DNA from: Octopus bimaculoides
Lineage: Eukaryota
Length of the DNA: 64,000 nucleotides
Assembly (NCBI RefSeq): GCF_001194135.2
Contig: NC_068983.1
Coordinates: forward strand, 162,447,370 to 162,511,369
Direction: 5' to 3'
Every line of letters starts with the position of its first letter. Position 1 is the stretch's first letter. Under the pieces are notes generated by a model that was given only the letters and a program-made list of their open reading frames with translations, did not search any database and had not been told where the DNA came from. The position numbers were made by a program, and so were the translations under genes. Below, in pieces: positions 54,801 to 63,299 of this stretch.

Positions 54801-57800
54801 TTGTCCTTAGAATGTGTAAATGACACAACGAATACTGTTAAATTATTCTATGTTTCTGTGTCTGCATTGTTTTTAGAAAATATAAAATATTAATAGGGAA
54901 TCATACAAATATTGTTTGTCTTAACAATTTCGTTTTTCACTTCAATGTCACGTGTATTCTTTGCAGCCCCGATATCCTGTATGAAGAACAGGTGTATTTA
55001 GAGAGTCAAGGAGGAACTGCTAGACTTGATAAATTCACACACTGTTTATTACTCAAATGCACAGGTGTTGATGTAAGTAAACATTTTCTTTTTGTAGAGC
55101 AGCTCACAAAGCAAACCCCAGTTAAAAAAAGAAAAAAAAAAGGATAATAATGAAAATTTAATTAAACCAATATTTAAATTTCTATTTTTACCTGTCAAGA
55201 TTTTCCAGGTTGTTGTTTTCGTTTCCTCTGCCCCTCATCTTGACCCCCCCCCCCAAAAAAAAGAACAATCAATATCACAGTTTTAATCCTTTAGCATTCA
55301 AATTATTCTGTCAAATGTAATGCTTATTTATTCACATTATTTTGAGCTAATCACGAATTATGTTGTAGCTTTGAGATTTCTATGATGTGATTGTTTACTT
55401 TTACAATGACATTGTAGGGTAGGTGTAAGAGGTCAGATCTGGCTGGTTTAAACATAAAACAGAATATTTCAGTTGGATATGGCCAGTTTAAATGCTAAAG
55501 GGTTACATAAAGGAAATATTCTTTTCTACTCTTGGCACAAGGCCCGAAATTTTTTGCAGGATGGGGCCAGTTGATTAGATCGATGCCAGTATGCAGCTGG
55601 TACTTAATTTATCGACCCTGTAAGGCAAAGTCAACTTCGGTTGGATTTGAACCCCAGAACGTAAAGACAAATGAAATATCGCTAAGCATTTTGCCTAGCG
55701 TGCTAATGTTTCTGCCAGAAATATTGCACTGACTGGCCAGGAGAATGGTGAAAAGCCAGCAGTGTGACTAGAAGAGTGTTGAAAACTCAACAACTCCTGA
55801 CAGTAATCTTGAAATTCCTGTACTGAAATTAAAAAAGAAAAAAAAGGGTTGGGTTACCTGAACACCCGACTAGTCTAAGATAGGATTAAGTTTTACTGTT
55901 GTATTCATATTTCAATATTACTGATTAATGTTTCTTTCATAAATATTATTATTCTGCTATGATAATGATGTTTAATTAATACTTTAACAAACTTTAGTAT
56001 TACTGCTATTTAGCCCTAGGAAGCTGCACCGCTTCCTGTCGGCCATGACACATTTCCTGTGTCCTTATGTTTACGACGGGGAGACAAGTACCCCCACCCA
56101 GCCAAGCCTGCATCCAGGGACATGTTTGAGTTTTTGCTCATCATCAGCCTGACTTGGTGGCAGAAGATGCCTGTCAAGCTCTTGTAAACATATAATAATT
56201 CTAGTGAAACACATTCACTGATTACAAAAATTAGAAATGATACATTTCTAAATCTCTCAGAGAGGCTTGGCTGGGTGGGGGTGCTTGTCTCCCCCTCGTA
56301 AACATAAGGACACAGGAAATGTGTCAAGGCCGACAGGAAGCGGTCCTGCTTCCTAGGGCTAAATAGCAGTAGTATAATTCCCTTCTTGGGGCTGTCACAT
56401 TAAGTTGATAGCATACAACTACTTTATCGCATCACCACTGCTTAAGTCTCTCTGAGAGATTTAGAAATGTATCATTTCAAACTTTGATATGTTCTGCCCG
56501 TAAGGCGGTGAACTGGTACAATCAGTAATATGCTGGGTAAAATGCTTACTGGCATTTTGTCCAGCTCATTACATTCTGAGATCAAATGTTACCAAGGTTA
56601 ACTTTGCCTTTCATACATTCGAGGGCCAATAAAATAAATCCCAATTGAGCACTGGGGCTGATGTAGTTAACTTTCCCCCTCACTCCAAATTGCTGGCCTT
56701 GTGCCAAAATGTGTAGCCAATATTGATGATTGTTTCCTTAAAAAAGACCTAGATTAAGATAATCTTCTCTTGTACAGATGCTGGACACGTTATTGACAAC
56801 ATTGATCCGAGAAATTCAGAACAATAATGTTGAAGGTAGAAAAACTGAGGCTAAACTTGTTGCAAGACGATTTCTGCGATCAGTGGCTCGCATCTTTGTA
56901 GTTTTGAATGTTGAAATGGTGCCATTATCTGGGAAAAGAAGAAGGTAACATGGTTTTTTTTTTTATATATGTTTTTGAATTTATATGTCATTGACTGGCT
57001 GGCTTCCATGCCGGTGGCAAGTAAAAAGCACCATCTGATCGTGGTTGATGTCAGCCCCCTCTAGCCCCTATGCCAGTGGCATGTAAAAAAGCACCCACTA
57101 CACTCTCAGAGTGGTTGGCGTTAGGAAGGGCATCCAGCTGTAGAAACATTGCCAGACCAGATTGGAGCCTGGTGCAGCCTCCTGGCTTCCCAGACCCCAG
57201 TCAAACCGTCCAACCCATGCCAGCATGGAAGACGGATGTTAAATGATGATGATATATTTGTGTTTGAGAAAGAAAGGATGTTGGCACAATGTACATAATT
57301 CTGATTGCTTCAGGAGGCCAACACATTGGTTAGTAAAGTTTGAACTCTCAATCATGTGGTTAGTAGTTCACAACCTTAACTTCAGTCCCACTGTGTAACA
57401 CCTCGGGGCAATTATCTTTAACTTTATTTTTGGCTGGCCAAAGAGCCTTATTAGTAGATTTAGTTGTTGGAAACTGTGTGGAAGCCTATCCTGTGTATAT
57501 ATATATATTTTTTTTACATTTGTGCTTTACATTTCTCTGAAAATCATTGGGCTCCACACAGTGATGTTGTAGCCATTTCCTTCGTCAAGAAATCCATTGA
57601 CTTGGGGCCTTCAAAGACGTGTGGAATAAGATATCCCTTATGTAAAAAACAGATAAGGGTTAGTGACAGGAAAGGCATCTGGATGTAAATCTGTGCCTCA
57701 ATAATATATTCATCTAACCCATACTAGCATGGAAAAATGGATATAAACTCAGTGAATTAACTTGATAGGTTCTTTTGTTCCTTTATAAAAATTTTGTTAA

Positions 57801-58675
57801 TAAAATCGTGTTGGGGTAGGACTTCCTTTCTTCGCTGTGTGCCTTCATTTACAAGAAATGTCTGTTGTACATTGTTTGATTTTAATGTTATTTGTATTTT
57901 AATGTTATTACAGTTTTATATTTAAGAGACGAGGAATTATGTACATTATTTACATTTGACAGATATTTGCCCTTATCTTGTTTGTTGTTAACATGTTTCG
58001 ACTGATATACTCTCCAGCCTTCATCAGGTGTCTTGGGGAAATTTCGAACCTGGGTTTTCATACCTAAGGTATTTTTCAATGTTATTATTATTATTATTCA
58101 GGTCACTGCCTGGAATCGAACTCAAAATCTTGGGGTTAGTAGCCCGTAGGCATAGGAATGAGAACCCAGGTTCGAAATTTCCCCAAGACACCTGATGAAG
58201 GCAGGAGGGTATATCAGCCGAAACGTTGTTAACAACAAACAAGATGGGGACAAATATCCGTCAAATGTAAATAATGTTTAATGCTATTGTTTGTATTTTC
58301 TGTTGCTATAGCACTGGTACCATCCCTTGTCAAGCAATTTACAAATGTAAACGTGCATTTCAAGCTCTTATTACAATTGCCATTGAAGAACTATGTGAGA
58401 TAGCTAACTCATTGATTGCACCTGTCCGTATGGGTGTGGCTCGCCCAACAGCTCCCTTTAATCAGCTAAGTGCTAGCATTGAAGCAATACAGGTGTGTAT
58501 TTGTTTTCATAATATTTCTATTTCCTCTGTCATTCACTCACACTTTATAATTCAATTTCTATCACTTTTTTTTTATTATTAAATCAGTGTTTAAACAAGG
58601 GTACATTCAACCTATTAGTGTTCTAATATAACAAACAATATTTGCTGTATTTTTTTCTAATATGGAGGGTAAATA

Positions 58676-58713
<38 letters not shown>

Positions 58714-60390
58714 TTTATTTGTAAAGCACCCAGCACACTCTATAAAGTGTAGGGAGGGTATCAACTATAGAAACCATACCAAAACAAATGACTGGAACCC
58801 GCTGAAGCCTGGTGCAGCCCTCCGGCCTTGTCAGCTCCTGTCAAACCATCCAACCCATGCCAGCATGGAAAATGGACGTTAAATGATGAAATATCAATTT
58901 AATTATTCTCAACACTCTTCATGTCCTTATAAGCTCACCATGTTAATAATAGGCAAATCAGTTGAGGCATTACAATGCTTTAGAATTTGGTTTGTATTTA
59001 TCATCACACCTTGTTCAATGAAATCTCTGAAACAACACCTAAAAATAATTGGAAGTTGAGCCAATGGAAACCAAGTGTAAAATACAGAAGTAAGGTTGGT
59101 GAGTTTATTCATCAAGGAAAAAGCTCTGATTAAAATCAGTTGTTAATTAGATGGGAATTTGTAGAAGGAGCAATGTATAGTTTTTCAAGACATTTGATTT
59201 TATATATCTTTGACTCTTCACCCTCTCTATTCCATGTTTCTTTTGTAGGGAAGTGAGGAAATCTTCAGTGTGGACCCATTACCACCAAGGCCTTCATCTG
59301 CTGATCATGACTCTCAACCTATGGCATACATCCCTCGTAGTGGTTCCCCGCAGCCTATGGAACAAGGAGAAAGAGCTAGAGAACGAGATGAGGATGAAAT
59401 GATATCAGGAGATGTAGAAGAGGTAAAGACACGACCCTTATTTTTCAAAATGCATTTTCCCTCCTTATTTTTAAGACCTTAAGCCTGAATTATGTTTCTT
59501 GCTCGATGGGGCTGAGGTCATCCCATGTTAGCAGATACACGGGTGCCATCGTACTTAGAGCTAACCAGGACCACTAGTGTCTCCAATCACTGGCAGTCCT
59601 GTGTGCTAGCCCTTCTGCATCTGCCAATGTGATGTCAAGCCTCTGGTGAAGGTAGCCTACCATGGGGCCACTTCTATCCTGCAGCTGCTGCGTTGAAGAA
59701 GAGTAAGGCTCTGGTCGAAGGATCTGAATTATGTCCTAATTTCTTAAACCAATTAAAATGTTTTGTGCACTGACCCTGAGATAACTGGGGTATAGACTAT
59801 GGAAGTTTCCTGACGGAGAGAATTGTTTAAATCTACTTTTCTCTGCAATATTCCTGATGTGTGAACATGCTCCAGGTCAAGTAATTAGTGAAAGGGAACC
59901 AGTTTTTAAAACCAGATTAAATAACATGAGGTAGCCCTTACCAAATGGACATAACATTGTTTTCATCCATGCTACTCAGCTAATTTACCAGATATTTATG
60001 TCAAATAAATAGTTTTTTTTTATTTATTACATTAAAACATGCTATTTGCTCAAATGAACAAAATGAATTAATTCATCCAACTTCTTCAGGTTTACGATTC
60101 TAAATATCTATTTTTTCCAAATGACAGAAAAGAAATCTTCATAAACATACATAATTATTTATTTATTAATTACCTTTTAGTCTCTCTCGCACACACAGAA
60201 TTGAAGTTTGTTTAAAATGTTTCTTCATTGCAGGTTGAAGTAGTTGAAGGCTTAGTAGGTGATGAAGATCAGTCGGATCGACATTCTGAGCGAGAAGAGG
60301 AGCACCAATCTGATCACTCGGACCAAGAACAACCACAGCAGGAACCAGATGAAGGTACGGATTATTTCCTCTTCATACTTCCTCTCTCTT

Positions 60391-60439
<49 letters not shown>

Positions 60440-63267
60440 ATGTAATATACTGGGTGTTTGGATTAAATTTGACAATTTACATAAAATGAAAAGAAAGCAG
60501 GATATCCTCTCCAAAAAGAAAAATTTTTAAAGAAAAATCAAGAAATATCAACTAAATTATGGCTGGGAGATGGTTTACTCAAAAGAGCCACCCTTAGCTT
60601 CTCAAAATAGTTCCAAAACCCAGTGAATGTATTCCTCGTGTTTCTGGGAACATCTTTGACTTCCCCCTTGATCTTGGCCACTCAACCACGCCCTACATAT
60701 ATTAATCCATGGGATTACAATCGATAGGATTAAGGGGCCAGAAATTGGGGCAGGTAAAGTCATAGAAATTTTCCGACAACCACTTCTGACTCTTTCCAGA
60801 AGAATGGCAAGGAACCAGATCCTGCTGCCACACATATTGCCTTTCAGCAGCAACCCTCTCCAGCCAGTCTGCAGCAGCTTCACATAACCATCTGAATTTA
60901 GCCTAAGGCCCTGTTCAAAGTCTGAACCACTGATGTGTCCCTTCTTGTTGGCCATGGCTTTGTAGTTCCCATTGTCATGTCTTACAGCTTTTGCAGTGTT
61001 CTTTTGTTACCTGCAGAATAAAAAAAGAAAACCACTTTCAAATATTAATGTCTAGAGAACTAACATTGAACTGTGTATGTAAGACTAAAACTCACCTGAA
61101 ATTAATGTTTACTTCACTGTACTTATTAAAGTTCTTATTTTCTTTGACAGCTGGTGGTGAAAGTGATATGGATTTAGACCTTCTGGCTGAATCTGAAAGT
61201 GATAGTGAGAGCAGTCACAGCAATCAAGACAACACAAGTATCCAACGTAGTGCTGTGACTGTAGCCACTGCTGGATCTGATGCAGGTGAGACTCTTCATC
61301 TGATATTTCTCACATTTCATCCTCATCCCCTGACAATTTTTATCCACATTTCATCCCCCAACACCCAAAAAGCACTGGTGCTGGTGCCATGTAAAAAGCA
61401 CTCACTGCACTTTGAAAAGTGGTTGGCATTAAGAAGGGCATGGTTGATGCCACTGCCACACGAGTGTGGCTGAAACCAGTGCCACATGACTGGCGCTTGT
61501 ACCGGTGACACATAGAAAGCACCATTAGCCAATACCACTGCTGCCTGACTGGCATGTAAAAAACATCATTCTAGCGTGGCTGATGCTGGTGGCACATAAA
61601 AGCACCCACTACACTCTGAGTGGTTGGCATTAGGAAGGGCATCCAACTGTAGAAACCATGCCAAATCAGATTGGAGCCTGGTACAGCCTCCAGTCCTCAG
61701 TCAAACTGTTCAATTCATGCCAGCATGGAAAACGGATGTTAAACAATGATGATGATCCAGCTGTAGAAAGCATTCCAAAACAGATAATGGAGCCTGGTGC
61801 AGCTCCTCTCCTTGCCAGCCCTGGTCAAACAGTCCAACCCATGCCAGCATGGAAAGCAGATGTTAAACAATGAGGATTTCTTTCTTGCATTACAGTATTA
61901 CTGCTGCTGTTGTTGCTCTGTCTTTACTGCTTCCTTACATTTTCTGTTAATTTGTTATGAATGCAATTAAATGCAAAGGACTTGGTTTATATTTTCATCA
62001 CAAAACTTCATATTAAAGGTTATAAACTCCTCCCCTCTCCTTTTTTTTTTTTTTTTTTTTTTTGAAATGCCCAATAATGTAAGTGGTTGATTAAATGAAA
62101 ATACAAAAATCGTCAATCAATTAGTAATGTGCTTTTTTTTATTTGTGTTTCAGGTCTTGGAAGTTTGGCTTATTTTTCTGAGGATTCAGGTGAATCATCT
62201 ACCCAAGATGATGATGATGATGAAAGTGAAGCTGCTGAAAGTGAAGAGCCAGATGCTGATGAGTTACCTTATCCTGATGAACAATTAGAACGTCGTAGCA
62301 ATGCTGGTTCCCATGGGCAAAGGACTTTACAAGCCCCTCAAACCATGCAATGGGCCATTCGTCAACGAGAACCTCCAGCTAACCGAACTCAAACAAGTAC
62401 TGGCAATACATCCACAACAGGTATAGAGTGAAAGCTAACTTAATTTTCATTTTATTAAACTTCTCCACAATATTTTCTTGAGTCACTGTAAAAACTGTTG
62501 GATTTCACTGTTTTAATCCTTTAATATGTTGCCGTAGCCACAGGGGGTCAGTGTCTTCCATTACAATGTATAGCTGTGTTACCTTGTACGTCAGCACAAA
62601 ATACTGACTCTAGGCATGAAGTGATTAACGAGATATGTTTTAATAAGCCAACATAATAATAATTTTCCTGTTATCTTTTCATCTCTACAATAAAAATGTT
62701 GACATTATATAAAACAATGCAGATGACTAGAAATGTTTCTAATCTTGACTAAAAATGGTAATTATACATACAAAATGATATTGAGGTAAAGTGACCATTA
62801 TAAGCTCCAACTTGTGGAGTTTGGCTTTTATCAAAAATCTTTATTCAAGACATAGTGTGCTGTCTACAATATGAGTGGATACTTTTGCAGTGAGATAAAT
62901 AAAATAGACTAATATTTTAGCAATATGATTTCTTCATTAAAACTTAAATTATATGTTAGAGAATCATCTCCCGCTACGGCAGTGTCAACTGGCTTTCACT
63001 TTCCTCGGACTTGACTAGCGCAGATTTTTTCTTGTGGGGATACCTGAAAGAGAGGGGTTACGTCAAATGGCTGCCATTTAAGCGATGTCATTTTTCACAT
63101 GTGATGTAGTGGCATTGCAAAATTTTGACTTGTGCACATTGATTTCTATTAACTCCTTTGTATTGTATCAAAGTTTCATGCATTTATCTGTCGAGTTAAG
63201 GAAGTTATTAGAAATTGAAACCCATCAGGGACTTTTGGGACACCGTGTATATGTATGTGTGTATGTA

Positions 63268-63299
<32 letters not shown>

